This document shows, piece by piece, positions 7,622 through 16,885 of a DNA stretch of 28,538 bases. Both the position numbers and the translations under genes were made by a program. The first letter of the stretch is position 1; every line of letters starts with the position of its first letter. Source of the stretch: a virus (Duplodnaviria > Caudoviricetes); the IMG/VR virus record IMGVR_UViG_3300016667_000028, positions 1 through 28,538 of that record. The stretch is one strand, 5' to 3'. The notes beneath the pieces were generated by a model. That model was not told the DNA's origin and did no database searches. It saw only the letters and a list, made by a program, of their open reading frames with translations.

Positions 7622-8947
7622 ATGTATCTTACAGAACAACTAGAAAATAAGTGGGCACCAGTCCTTGACCACGCTGCTGCTGGCAAGATCGCTGACCCAT
7701 ACAAGCGCGCCGTAACTGCTCTTATTCTTGAGAACCAGGAAAAGGCAATGGCTGAAGAAGGCCGTGTACTAAACGAGTCCGCACCAACCAACTCTGGTGG
7801 TGGTCTAGGCGCTGGTACAAACGTTGCTTCATACGACCCAATCCTAATCAGCTTGGTTCGCCGCGCTCTTCCAAACCTAATCGCTTATGATATCGCCGGC
7901 GTTCAGCCAATGAACGGTCCAACAGGCCTTATCTTTGCTATGCGTTCTAAGTACAAGTCAATGGACGGCACCGAGGCTTTCTTCAACGAAGCTAACACTG
8001 CTTTCTCTGGCCAGAACAACGCATTCGGCATGTCTAACTCTCACCTTGGCAACAACCCAGTTGCTAACACAGACGTTAACCAGACCGGCTTCCTAAACGG
8101 TAAGGGCATGACAACTGCTCAGGCAGAAGCTCTTGGCGATGCCGCTGGCAACATGTTCAACGAAATGGGCTTCAGCATTGAGAAGGTTACCGTAACTGCA
8201 AAGTCACGCGCCCTAAAGGCTGAATACACCATGGAACTTGCTCAGGATCTTAAGGCTGTTCACGGTCTTGATGCTGAGACAGAGTTGGCAAACATTCTTT
8301 CAACAGAAATTCTCGCTGAAATCAACCGCGAAGTTGTAAGAACTGTTTACCTCTCAGCCGTTGCTGGTGCTCAGTACGGTGTAACAACCGCTGGTACATT
8401 CGACCTTGACACTGACTCAAACGGCCGTTGGTCTGTTGAAAAGTTCAAGGGTCTAGTATTCCAGATCGAGCGTGAGTGCAACGCTATCGCCAAGGGTACC
8501 CGTCGTGGTAAGGGCAACATGCTGATCGTGTCATCAGACGTTGCTTCTGCTCTTGCTATGGCTGGTGTACTTGACTACACACCTGCTCTAAACGTTAACC
8601 TAACAGTTGACGATACTGGTGCTACCTTCGCTGGTACAATGCACGGTCGCGTTAAGGTCTACATCGACCCATACTTCGGCGGTTCTGCTTCTGGCGACGA
8701 ACTAGTAACAGTTGGTTATAAGGGTTCTTCACCTTATGACGCTGGTCTATTCTACTGCCCATATGTTCCTCTACAGATGGTTCGCGCTATCGGTCAGGAC
8801 ACATTCCAGCCAAAGATTGGCTTCAAGACACGTTACGGCATGGTAGCCAACCCATTCGCACGCGGTATTGACGCAACAAATCCTGGCGTGATCGCTGATC
8901 GTACCAACCAGTACTATCGCATCTTCAAGGTACGTAACCTAACCTAA
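7622..8947 (+). CDS. g23: Major capsid protein gp23
   Basis: KWAPVLDH, LENQE, LVRRALPNLIAYDIAGVQPMNGPTGLIFAMRS, KSRALKAEYTMELAQDLKAVHGLDAETELANIL, FQPKIGFKTRYG. Confidence 0.99.
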   Translation: MYLTEQLENKWAPVLDHAAAGKIADPYKRAVTALILENQEKAMAEEGRVLNESAPTNSGGGLGAGTNVASYDPILISLVRRALPNLIAYDIAGVQPMNGPTGLIFAMRSKYKSMDGTEAFFNEANTAFSGQNNAFGMSNSHLGNNPVANTDVNQTGFLNGKGMTTAQAEALGDAAGNMFNEMGFSIEKVTVTAKSRALKAEYTMELAQDLKAVHGLDAETELANILSTEILAEINREVVRTVYLSAVAGAQYGVTTAGTFDLDTDSNGRWSVEKFKGLVFQIERECNAIAKGTRRGKGNMLIVSSDVASALAMAGVLDYTPALNVNLTVDDTGATFAGTMHGRVKVYIDPYFGGSASGDELVTVGYKGSSPYDAGLFYCPYVPLQMVRAIGQDTFQPKIGFKTRYGMVANPFARGIDATNPGVIADRTNQYYRIFKVRNLT

Positions 8948-8972
8948 TCGTAAGAAATTAGGATTGAAAACT

Positions 8973-8998
8973 GGGCGGGGGAAACCCCGCCCTTTTTT
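8973..8998 (+). terminator. Rho-independent terminator after g23
   Basis: GGGCGGGG-GAAA-CCCCGCCC followed by TTTTTT. Confidence 0.93.
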
Positions 8999-9002
8999 AT
9001 TG

Positions 9003-9010
9003 GATAAATA
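9003..9010 (+). promoter_or_regulatory. Late promoter variant GATAAATA upstream of g3
   Basis: Directly after the terminator and before an AGGAG RBS and the ATG at 9027. Confidence 0.65.
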
Positions 9011-9026
9011 AGGCAGGAGAACCAAC

Positions 9027-10064
9027 ATGACAACTGAATCATTAGTAAGCAGAGTGCCTGAGAATACAAACTTGATCCAAAAGACCAAGTTTCACTTTAT
9101 TATGCCTAATCTACCGTTTGCAAAGTACTTCTGTCAGACGGTCAATCTACCAGGTATAACTACATCTCCTGTAAAGGTCGAGACACCTTTCTCGGCCACA
9201 TGGCGCCACGGTGACAAGCTAGAATATGATGCTCTGTCTGTTACATTCTTGGTAGACGAAGACCTACGAGTATGGGAAGAAACATATAACTGGCTAATTG
9301 GCTTGACGTTCCCTGAAAACTTTGACCAATATAAGAAGTTTGGTCGCCCTCAACCTTCAGCCACAAAAGAAATCTACTATGATGGTATTCTTACAATCAA
9401 TACCAACGCCAACCTACCAAATCTAAGACTGAACTTCCGCAACTGTCATCCTGTATCATTATCAGGATTAGACTTTAGCTCAACCTCTTCTTCAGAAGAA
9501 ACCATCACAGCAACCCTAGTACTCAGGTATGATTATTATACGCTAACTCGCATTTATTACTTTACAATATTCTGTAATTCCAGTATAATTAGTCATTTAT
9601 TGTGGAGAGTTGTAATGAAGCCGCCTGTAGACATAGAAAAGCTGATGGCAATGTGGTCTGAAGACGCACCCATCGATGAAACCGAACCCTCAAAAGAGTT
9701 AGCAAAGATACCAAAGCTTCATGCTAAGTATCTCAATATTATGACGCATCATAACTTGATCGTCAAGAAACTTTCGTCTGACTACAATAGAAGAAGACGA
9801 ATTAAATGGGAATGGTATTCTGGCGACTTGAACAATCCAGAAGACCTTGCAGAACATAACCTACAACCCATGATGAAGAAGATTATGCGGTCTGATATCA
9901 ATATGTACCTTGATTCCGACAGTGAACTAAATAACATACTCCTTAAGAAGGTCATGCACGAAGAAATCGTGGACTTCTGCAAAGCTGTACTGAAAGAGCT
10001 ACAGAACAGAACATGGCAGCTTAAAGAGTTTATAGGATGGGAAAAATTTGTCGGCGGAAACTAA
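9027..10064 (+). CDS. g3: Tail completion/tube terminator protein gp3 (domain about 9027-9554), read through in frame into uvsY
   Basis: gp3 motifs: FCQTVNLPG, GDKLEYDALSVTFLVDEDL..WEE.YNWL, F.NCHPVSLS.LDF, ending ATLVLRYDYY. There is no stop codon before uvsY. Confidence 0.85.
   Translation: MTTESLVSRVPENTNLIQKTKFHFIMPNLPFAKYFCQTVNLPGITTSPVKVETPFSATWRHGDKLEYDALSVTFLVDEDLRVWEETYNWLIGLTFPENFDQYKKFGRPQPSATKEIYYDGILTINTNANLPNLRLNFRNCHPVSLSGLDFSSTSSSEETITATLVLRYDYYTLTRIYYFTIFCNSSIISHLLWRVVMKPPVDIEKLMAMWSEDAPIDETEPSKELAKIPKLHAKYLNIMTHHNLIVKKLSSDYNRRRRIKWEWYSGDLNNPEDLAEHNLQPMMKKIMRSDINMYLDSDSELNNILLKKVMHEEIVDFCKAVLKELQNRTWQLKEFIGWEKFVGGN
9561..9589 (+). promoter_or_regulatory. sigma70-type promoter for uvsY (TTTACA-N17-TATAAT)
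   Basis: -35 at 9561-9566, -10 at 9584-9589, GGAG SD at 9604-9607. Confidence 0.8.
9615..10064 (+). CDS. uvsY: Recombination mediator UvsY (own start inside the fused ORF)
   Basis: MWSEDAPIDE...IPKLHAKYL...KWEWYSG...DINMYLDSD...LKELQNRTWQLKEFIGWEKF. It has its own promoter and RBS and precedes uvsW. Confidence 0.9.
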   Translation: MKPPVDIEKLMAMWSEDAPIDETEPSKELAKIPKLHAKYLNIMTHHNLIVKKLSSDYNRRRRIKWEWYSGDLNNPEDLAEHNLQPMMKKIMRSDINMYLDSDSELNNILLKKVMHEEIVDFCKAVLKELQNRTWQLKEFIGWEKFVGGN

Positions 10065-11532
10065 AGTCATTGTAAGAAACGCAAATGAAGCGTTCGTCAG
10101 AATAGTATGTGAAGACGGCGTGGCTTATGAGCTACGTGAAGCATTTACGTTTCAAGTTCCTGGCTATCAGTTTACACCACAATACAAAGCTCGTCTTTGG
10201 GATGGAAAGATCCGTCTCTTTGACGTTCGCACTAGGCTACTGTATAGAGGCTTAGTGCCTTACATTGCAAAGTTCTGCGAGGAGCGGGACTATGAATGGG
10301 ACTATGAGAATGAGGACTATGATGAAGAGTTCTCATTAGCAGAAGCTAACGATTTCGTAAAGAAGCTGAAACCGAAACATGCTCCAAGAGATTACCAATT
10401 GGACGCATTCGTACATGCCATACGTAACCGCCGTAGTCTACTACTCAGCCCCACTGCAAGTGGTAAGTCTCTTATTATCTATCTTCTATGTCATTTTCTC
10501 AAATATAGAGGATTAAAGAAGGGGTTGATTATCGTTCCAACTGTTTCGCTTGTGGAGCAGTTGACTAGCGACTTTAAGGATTACAGCGAAACAAATGGAT
10601 GGGAAGTATCGAAGTACGTTCATAAAATCTATCAGGGTCAAGACAAAGACACTGATAAGTTTCTGACTATCTCTACTTGGCAGTCTTTATACAAGATGCC
10701 AAAACAATGGTTCGCGCAATTTGACTTCGTAATAGGCGATGAAGCTCACCAGTTTAAGGCTAAATCTCTCACTGAGATTATGACAGGGTTAACAAATGCA
10801 CAGTACAGGATTGGAACTACAGGTACACTTGATGGAACAAAGACTCACCGCCTTGTACTTGAAGGGTTATTTGGCTCCGTTCGAAAAGTCATCACAACGA
10901 AAGAACTTATGGATGCAAAACACTTGGCTGAGTTCCAAATCAAGTGCCTACTTCTTAGACACAGTGAGGCAGTCTGTCAGGCAGCTAAGACATTTTCATA
11001 TCAGCAAGAGATCGAGTACCTTGTCCTCAACGAGTCACGTAACAGATTCATTACTAATCTCGCGGCTTCTCTCAACGGGAACACTCTCGTCTTATACCAA
11101 TACGTTGATAAGCATGGACGACTACTACATAAACTACTAACTGACAAGATTGGCGTAGAAAGAAAGATATTCTTTGTAAGTGGTGAAACAGATGTTGATG
11201 TTCGTGAAGGTATTCGAAAGATTGTGGAAACTGAGTCCAACGCTATCATTGTTGCTAGTTTTGGCACTTTCAGTACTGGGATCAATATCAGAAACTTACA
11301 TAACATCATATTTGCTTCACCTTCTAAATCACGAATAAGAAATCTTCAATCCATTGGACGTGGTTTACGTAAGAGTGATACCAAAGAATCAGCACAGTTG
11401 TTCGACATTGCGGATGACATGCGCTACAAGAAGCATGAGAACTATACACTAAAGCACTTCGCCGAACGTATCAAGATATATACTGAAGAGAAGTTCGCAT
11501 TCAAAGTCTATAAGATTGAACTAAAAGGATAA
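10048..11532 (+). CDS. uvsW: UvsW DNA helicase (SF2)
   Basis: WDGKIRLF, PRDYQ, SPTASGKS (Walker A), GDEAH, GTTGT, STGINI, LQSIGRGLR. TTG start. Confidence 0.96.
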   Translation: MSAETKVIVRNANEAFVRIVCEDGVAYELREAFTFQVPGYQFTPQYKARLWDGKIRLFDVRTRLLYRGLVPYIAKFCEERDYEWDYENEDYDEEFSLAEANDFVKKLKPKHAPRDYQLDAFVHAIRNRRSLLLSPTASGKSLIIYLLCHFLKYRGLKKGLIIVPTVSLVEQLTSDFKDYSETNGWEVSKYVHKIYQGQDKDTDKFLTISTWQSLYKMPKQWFAQFDFVIGDEAHQFKAKSLTEIMTGLTNAQYRIGTTGTLDGTKTHRLVLEGLFGSVRKVITTKELMDAKHLAEFQIKCLLLRHSEAVCQAAKTFSYQQEIEYLVLNESRNRFITNLAASLNGNTLVLYQYVDKHGRLLHKLLTDKIGVERKIFFVSGETDVDVREGIRKIVETESNAIIVASFGTFSTGINIRNLHNIIFASPSKSRIRNLQSIGRGLRKSDTKESAQLFDIADDMRYKKHENYTLKHFAERIKIYTEEKFAFKVYKIELKG

Positions 11533-11538
11533 TACATC

Positions 11539-12018
11539 ATGAATGAACCTGTGCCAACTGTACTTCGCCTAATGACAGGCGAAGATATCATCGCCGATAC
11601 TGTCTTTAAGAATGAAGCGGGCAACTCTCGCTACATCGTATCGGATCCACTAAAAATCGTATATCTACCACTCAAAGAAGGTACACATTTATCTATCTCT
11701 CTCATGCAGTGGATGTTTACTCGCATTTCTGATAACCAGAAGTTTGAATTAAACTCTAGCAATGTAATGTTTACAACTGAACCATCTGACAATCTTCTGG
11801 AATACTATTACAAGACAGTAGAATATTTCTATGAGATTCGGGAAGAGCAACTGAAACAAAAGTTGAACCTGTCAGATAGGATCAAGAATGAGGTATACGA
11901 AGATGTTGCCATGGCAGAAGACGAAGAGATCGATGATCTAATGGATTCTGATGAGATGAAGGAAGTATTAGAGTATCTAAAGAAGATTGGAAAAGACAAT
12001 AAGGGAACACTGCACTAA
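11539..12018 (+). CDS. Conserved T4-like hypothetical protein (between uvsW and g55)
   Basis: VLRLMTGEDIIA N-terminus and acidic C-terminus ending in LH; preceded by an AGGA SD. Confidence 0.7.
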   Translation: MNEPVPTVLRLMTGEDIIADTVFKNEAGNSRYIVSDPLKIVYLPLKEGTHLSISLMQWMFTRISDNQKFELNSSNVMFTTEPSDNLLEYYYKTVEYFYEIREEQLKQKLNLSDRIKNEVYEDVAMAEDEEIDDLMDSDEMKEVLEYLKKIGKDNKGTLH

Positions 12019-12296
12019 TGGCTGGTAAGAATGAATATATCGACAATCTAGATGGTGATGACTTCGGCTTCACCTTCGCTCATGAAGAAGATGTGATAGC
12101 TGAGAATAAGAAGTATTCTAGTTTGGAAGAACAGGTAGATGACCTGAAGAAGAGACTGGAAGCAGTGAATAAGATATTCATGCCTCTACTAGAGAACTTA
12201 GCCAAGAACCCTGACAAGCCTATGATCAAATGGCCTAATAGGAAAGAGGTAATCGATAAGCAGATCAAGAAGCTTACGACTCTTACCAAGGTATAA
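12018..12296 (+). CDS. Hypothetical protein (DFGFT...coiled coil...LENLAKNPDK..IKWPNR)
   Basis: 92-aa ORF translationally coupled (TAATG) to the upstream gene. Confidence 0.7.
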   Translation: MAGKNEYIDNLDGDDFGFTFAHEEDVIAENKKYSSLEEQVDDLKKRLEAVNKIFMPLLENLAKNPDKPMIKWPNRKEVIDKQIKKLTTLTKV

Positions 12297-12327
12297 CCAA
12301 ATACTCATATGATCGCGGGACATAGCC

Positions 12328-12356
12328 TTTATACACCTGTGTCAAGCATTTGTCAA
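12328..12356 (-). promoter_or_regulatory. Antisense sigma70-like promoter TTGACA-N17-TATAAA upstream of g55
   Basis: On the + strand, TGTCAA at 12351-12356 and TTTATA at 12328-12333; a second TGTCAA at 12340-12345. Confidence 0.45.
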
Positions 12357-12366
12357 GGGAAAAAGA

Positions 12367-12939
12367 ATGAACACACCTAAAAAGACTAAGGTCCATTATG
12401 TGGACAACAAGAAGTTTTACGAAGAGATCCTAGCTCACAAGCAGAGAGTTCAGGAAGCAAGAGAAGCTGGCAAAGAAGATCCGAGATTGCCGAACTACAT
12501 CGGCGAATGTATCTGGAAGATTGCTGACAAGCTATCTACGAAACCATGCTTTATCAACTATTCTTACCGAGATGAGATGATATCCGATGGCATAGAGAAC
12601 TGCCTGATGTATTTCAACGATTATGATCCAAAGATTGGACAGAATCCGTTCGCATACTTCACACAGATTATCTACTATGCATTCCTTCGTCGTATCAGCA
12701 AGGAAGAGAAGATCAGGTATACCATGTACAAGAACTTTCAGCATACGATCATTCATGGTGCCCAGAATGCTGGAGAGTATAGCTCCGCAGCCATGTTTGA
12801 TGATGATGCTGAGACGTTTACTCCAAAGATGTACGATAACATCAACGACTTTATGGATCGTTTCGAGAAGAAGGAAGCCGTGAAGAAAGAGAAGCGCAAA
12901 CAAGTAAAAGAAGGCCTAACAAGGTTCTACGAGGAATAA
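12367..12939 (+). CDS. g55: Sigma factor for late transcription gp55
   Basis: HYVDNKKF, PNYIGEC..KIA..LS.KP.F.NYSYRDEMISDGIENCL.Y, NPFAYFTQIIYYAFLRRI.KEEK. Confidence 0.97.
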   Translation: MNTPKKTKVHYVDNKKFYEEILAHKQRVQEAREAGKEDPRLPNYIGECIWKIADKLSTKPCFINYSYRDEMISDGIENCLMYFNDYDPKIGQNPFAYFTQIIYYAFLRRISKEEKIRYTMYKNFQHTIIHGAQNAGEYSSAAMFDDDAETFTPKMYDNINDFMDRFEKKEAVKKEKRKQVKEGLTRFYEE

Positions 12940-12940
12940 A

Positions 12941-13126
12941 ATGAAGCAAGATATCCCATTCCAGATTGAGCATCTAATCAACAGTATGTTGAACCAGAAG
13001 GAAAACGTACACCTGCGTGGCAACTATCGGGAGCGGCTGGTCAGCATCAACGAAGCTATTGACAAAGCAATCAAAAAGTACGATAATGAAGCCTACATAT
13101 CTAAAGTTAGGAAGAAGAGGGCATAA
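12941..13126 (+). CDS. Hypothetical protein
   Basis: 61-aa ORF with GAGG SD, tightly packed after g55. Confidence 0.65.
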   Translation: MKQDIPFQIEHLINSMLNQKENVHLRGNYRERLVSINEAIDKAIKKYDNEAYISKVRKKRA

Positions 13127-13312
13127 GTGAACCGTAAACATCTGTTATGGCACATATTCGATTTTCTTGATGAAGCGACGATTGAGGAAATGATTGATCA
13201 GTTTAGTGACGTTGTAACTCCACGGCGCTTCTCTGATACGCCGCAGCCAGGTGAAATTACCGTAGGTGCTGCTCTCCGTGAACGTTATGAAGCATATAAG
13301 AAAGTGACCTGA
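13127..13312 (+). CDS. Hypothetical protein
   Basis: 61-aa ORF with GTG start after GAGG; its stop overlaps the g47 start (TGATG). Confidence 0.55.
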   Translation: MNRKHLLWHIFDFLDEATIEEMIDQFSDVVTPRRFSDTPQPGEITVGAALRERYEAYKKVT

Positions 13313-14394
13313 TGGCTAAAGTAGCATTGATTACCGATACACACTGGGGAGTTAGAAATGACTCCCCAATCTTCTTGGACTACTTCAAGAAGTGCATTGA
13401 TGAGTTTTTCCTGCCTGTGTGTTCACAGAACTATGTGACCGATATCATTCATCTTGGTGACTTAGTTGATCGCCGCAAGTATGTCAACATCAATACCGCA
13501 TATCGTCTTCGCACCGACTTTCTTGAGAAGATCGAAGATGCTGGTATTTCGATGCATATCATCGCTGGCAACCACGATGAGTACTACAAGGATACCTACA
13601 AGATCAATGCACTGGAAGAACTAGTCGGTGATCGCTACGAATACATTATTACACATTCTACACCATACACTCTAACTGTCAGCGGTGTAGACATTCTGCT
13701 AATGCCTTGGATCACAAAAGACAATGAGCAAGAAGCATTTGACGCAATCAACAACAGCAAAGCATCTATTCTTATGGGTCACCTCGAACTAGAGGGCTTT
13801 GAGTTCTATAAGGGACAGGTATCAGATCATGGACAAAGTTCTAGCATTTTTAATCGCTATAGTGCTGTCTATAGTGGGCATTATCATCACCGCAGCACTC
13901 GCGACAATATTCATTATCTGGGTGCTTTTTCTGAGCATATTTGGAGTGATTATAACGATCCTCGCGGCTTTTCAATCCTTGATACAGAAACACTGGAAGT
14001 TACTTTCTATCGGAATCCTTTTAGTATCTTTCACATGGTATCTTACGATGATGTGAAGCATCCTGATATCATTGAAAAGATTCAGGCTACAGACTATAGC
14101 AAGTATAAGGACACTTATGTAAAGATCGTATGTGTAAACAAGACGAACCCGTTTGCCTTCGACATGTTGCTTGATAAGTTATATAAAGAAGGTCCTGCCG
14201 ACATTTCCATTGTCGAAGATGTAAACCTGTTTACCGATACCAATGCTGACGAAATTATCGATCAGGCTCAAGACACACCTACTATCTTAGACAACTACAT
14301 CTCTGGCTTGACTTTGCCTGTTGATTCTGATAAGATGAAACATTACATGCGCGACCTCTATGTGGAAGCGTTGTCGTTGGAGAACATAGAATGA
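13312..14394 (+). CDS. g47: Recombination endonuclease subunit gp47 (Mre11/SbcD-like)
   Basis: Metallophosphoesterase motifs DTHWG, HLGDLVDRRK, GNHD, MGHLEL.GF, SGHYH. Confidence 0.96.
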   Translation: MAKVALITDTHWGVRNDSPIFLDYFKKCIDEFFLPVCSQNYVTDIIHLGDLVDRRKYVNINTAYRLRTDFLEKIEDAGISMHIIAGNHDEYYKDTYKINALEELVGDRYEYIITHSTPYTLTVSGVDILLMPWITKDNEQEAFDAINNSKASILMGHLELEGFEFYKGQVSDHGQSSSIFNRYSAVYSGHYHHRSTRDNIHYLGAFSEHIWSDYNDPRGFSILDTETLEVTFYRNPFSIFHMVSYDDVKHPDIIEKIQATDYSKYKDTYVKIVCVNKTNPFAFDMLLDKLYKEGPADISIVEDVNLFTDTNADEIIDQAQDTPTILDNYISGLTLPVDSDKMKHYMRDLYVEALSLENIE

Positions 14395-14633
14395 GTGGAG
14401 ATATAAAGTATATTGCTGCTCTTATGGCGCTCGGCGAATATGGCGATGAGAAAGATACCTTGATGTGGTACCAACACTTCTATGGTCATGCTAAAGACTG
14501 GAAAAATGAAGAACATTCTGGTGATTGTACCAAACAACCTTGGACTTGTGTGCGTTGTGTTTATGATGACACTGTTGCAAGAATTCCTGGTTTTAAGGCA
14601 CTTCTGAAAGAGTTGGAGAAAAACAATGAGTGA
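14391..14633 (+). CDS. Hypothetical protein with H/C cluster (HSGDCTKQPWTCVRC), possible Zn-binding
   Basis: ATGA-coupled to g47. Confidence 0.6.
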   Translation: MSGDIKYIAALMALGEYGDEKDTLMWYQHFYGHAKDWKNEEHSGDCTKQPWTCVRCVYDDTVARIPGFKALLKELEKNNE

Positions 14634-15000
14634 AGAATCGTATCTAACATATAACATTGGTGATAAGTTTTGGGTTCTTACTGTTAAGAAGAACTGGAAT
14701 TCCGAAAAAGTCAAGATGATTGATGCAGATGGTAATGAATGGTATCGTTATCCTGACGGCACAAACACCTATAATATTGACGAATTTGAAATTGTAGGTA
14801 AACTTCTTTTTAGTATTGAAGGCGAAGGTGCGCTTTGGTGTGAAGAAGAATATGTTGACCGATATGCTGTGCGAGTGAATGGTGATCACCTTGATGAGGT
14901 ATGGCAAGAAGAATTAGACGGCGACCGTGGATATCTTTATTACTTCCGTTCGCGCGAAGAAGCAGATGCTAAGGTTGCTGAGTTGAAAGCTGAAGAATGA
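14626..15000 (+). CDS. Hypothetical protein
   Basis: 124-aa ORF with GGAG SD, overlapping the previous gene. Confidence 0.65.
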   Translation: MSEESYLTYNIGDKFWVLTVKKNWNSEKVKMIDADGNEWYRYPDGTNTYNIDEFEIVGKLLFSIEGEGALWCEEEYVDRYAVRVNGDHLDEVWQEELDGDRGYLYYFRSREEADAKVAELKAEE

Positions 15001-15176
15001 AAGTGGATTGTGAACGCGAAGATTGCCGTGTCATAGTATTGGGCCGAATGACCACACTACTTGGATGGTCGCCAACTTATGATAAACATGGCAACCTTAT
15101 TGATAAGGATCCAAACACTGTAACCACACACTATCAATGTACTGTGTGCGGTAAAGACTGGGTAGAAAAGAAATGA
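14997..15176 (+). CDS. Small zinc-ribbon protein (59 aa; not in the ORF track)
   Basis: MKVDCEREDCRVIV...YQCTVCGKDWVEKK. ATGA overlaps at both ends exactly fill the gap before g46. Confidence 0.7.
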   Translation: MKVDCEREDCRVIVLGRMTTLLGWSPTYDKHGNLIDKDPNTVTTHYQCTVCGKDWVEKK

Positions 15177-16885
15177 TAACATTTGAAGTGGTTAGATGGA
15201 AGAACCTTCTTTCAACTGGTAATGCGTGGACAGAGATTGAATTAGACGCAAACAAGACAAATCTGATAGTGGGTTCGAACGGGCATGGTAAGTCTACCAT
15301 CCTTGACGCGCTCACTTTTGGTTTGTTTGGTAAGCCGTTTCGTAAGATCAATAAGCCATCGCTCGTCAATAGCGTTAACGCTAAAGATTGTAAGGTCGAG
15401 ATTGAGTTTGAGGCCTACGGTAAGAAGTATAAGATTCTCCGTGGCATCAAGCCTAACATCTTTGAAATCTATGTAGATGGTACTCTACTCAATCAGGACT
15501 CAGCATCAAGAGACTACCAGGAATATCTGGAGAAGTTCATTCTCAAAATGAACATGAAGTCCTTCTGTCAGATTGTCATCCTGGGTTCAGCTTCGTTTGT
15601 GCCGTTCATGCAGCTATCTCCTGCTGATCGCCGTTCTATCATAGAAGGTTTGCTTGATATTCAAATCTTCTCGGTCATGAACGTTCTAATGAAGCAACGT
15701 TCCGTACAGAACAAGCAGGATCTAGAAGTTAATCGTATCGCTTTGGCTTCTGCTGAAGATCGCAAAGACTTCATTAAAAAGACACTATCTGGTCTCAAGA
15801 AGAATAGCGATGATCGATTGGCTGAACTCACTTCTCAATTGGAAGATTACAATAAGCAGAAGAGAGACCTGATTACGTATGTCGAAAACATTGTAACAGA
15901 GAAGAAGAATCTTCAAAATGAAGTCAACGACCTCACTGATATTAAGCAGCAGTTTCATGATGCTGTAAAGCTACACACTCAGCTTGAGACAGAATCAACT
16001 AGACTTGGCGCCGAGAAGACAATGCTTCGAAATACGGACGATTGTCCTACTTGCAAACAGCGCATCGATGAAGATTTCAAGAGTAAGCGCATCAATAGCC
16101 TAAACCAGACTATCTCCGATTTATGCACACATGCTGTAGATGCTGAAGCTAAATCAAATACCTTGCTTGATCTTATCAATGATAAAGAAGGTAAAATTAA
16201 GCGCATTCAGTCCATTACTGCTGAAGTTTCTGCGAAGAAGCAGACGATGATGCATTTGGTGTCTATGATCAATGACACTGAAGATGCTATCGAAAAGATC
16301 GTCACTGCTGATGAACTTGTTCAGAACAGTGAAAAAGAATTGGCTGATACGATTGGTGAAATTTCCAATCTGATGGTCGAAAGAACAGAACTGCTAGATG
16401 AACGTAAGTTTGTAGATACGGCTCTTGCTCTACTCAAGGATGGTGGTATCAAGACCAAGATCATTAAGCAATACATTCCAATTATCAATAAGACTGTGAA
16501 TAAGTATCTAGCTCAGATGGGCTTCTTCGTCAACTTCAACATTGACGAGAATTTCAATGAAGTCATCAAGTCTCGGTATCGTGATGAGTTTTCTTATGCC
16601 AACTTCTCAGAAGGTGAGAAAACAAGAATCGATCTTGCGCTTCTTTTCACATGGCGTTCCATTGCCAAGATGAAGAACAGCGTCAATACCAATCTTCTTA
16701 TACTGGACGAGATTCTTGATGGAAGTCTTGATGCAAATGGAACAGACGAATTCCTTAAGATCATAAAGACCTTGACAGATGATACAAACACCTTTATAAT
16801 ATCACACAAGCAGGATCAACTTCTAGACAAGTTCGACAAAGTTTATCGCTTCGAAAAGATTCGCAATTTTAGCAGGATAGTATGA
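15173..16885 (+). CDS. g46: Recombination endonuclease subunit gp46 (Rad50/SbcC-like ATPase)
   Basis: GSNGHGKST Walker A, CPTCKQ zinc hook, FSEGEK signature, LILDE Walker B, ISH. Confidence 0.97.
   Translation: MITFEVVRWKNLLSTGNAWTEIELDANKTNLIVGSNGHGKSTILDALTFGLFGKPFRKINKPSLVNSVNAKDCKVEIEFEAYGKKYKILRGIKPNIFEIYVDGTLLNQDSASRDYQEYLEKFILKMNMKSFCQIVILGSASFVPFMQLSPADRRSIIEGLLDIQIFSVMNVLMKQRSVQNKQDLEVNRIALASAEDRKDFIKKTLSGLKKNSDDRLAELTSQLEDYNKQKRDLITYVENIVTEKKNLQNEVNDLTDIKQQFHDAVKLHTQLETESTRLGAEKTMLRNTDDCPTCKQRIDEDFKSKRINSLNQTISDLCTHAVDAEAKSNTLLDLINDKEGKIKRIQSITAEVSAKKQTMMHLVSMINDTEDAIEKIVTADELVQNSEKELADTIGEISNLMVERTELLDERKFVDTALALLKDGGIKTKIIKQYIPIINKTVNKYLAQMGFFVNFNIDENFNEVIKSRYRDEFSYANFSEGEKTRIDLALLFTWRSIAKMKNSVNTNLLILDEILDGSLDANGTDEFLKIIKTLTDDTNTFIISHKQDQLLDKFDKVYRFEKIRNFSRIV

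Noticed and set aside
9555-9557. Genome-wide stop-codon reassignment as the cause of the g3-uvsY fusion
   Set aside because: The codon present is TAT (Tyr), not a stop, and all other core genes are full length under the standard code.
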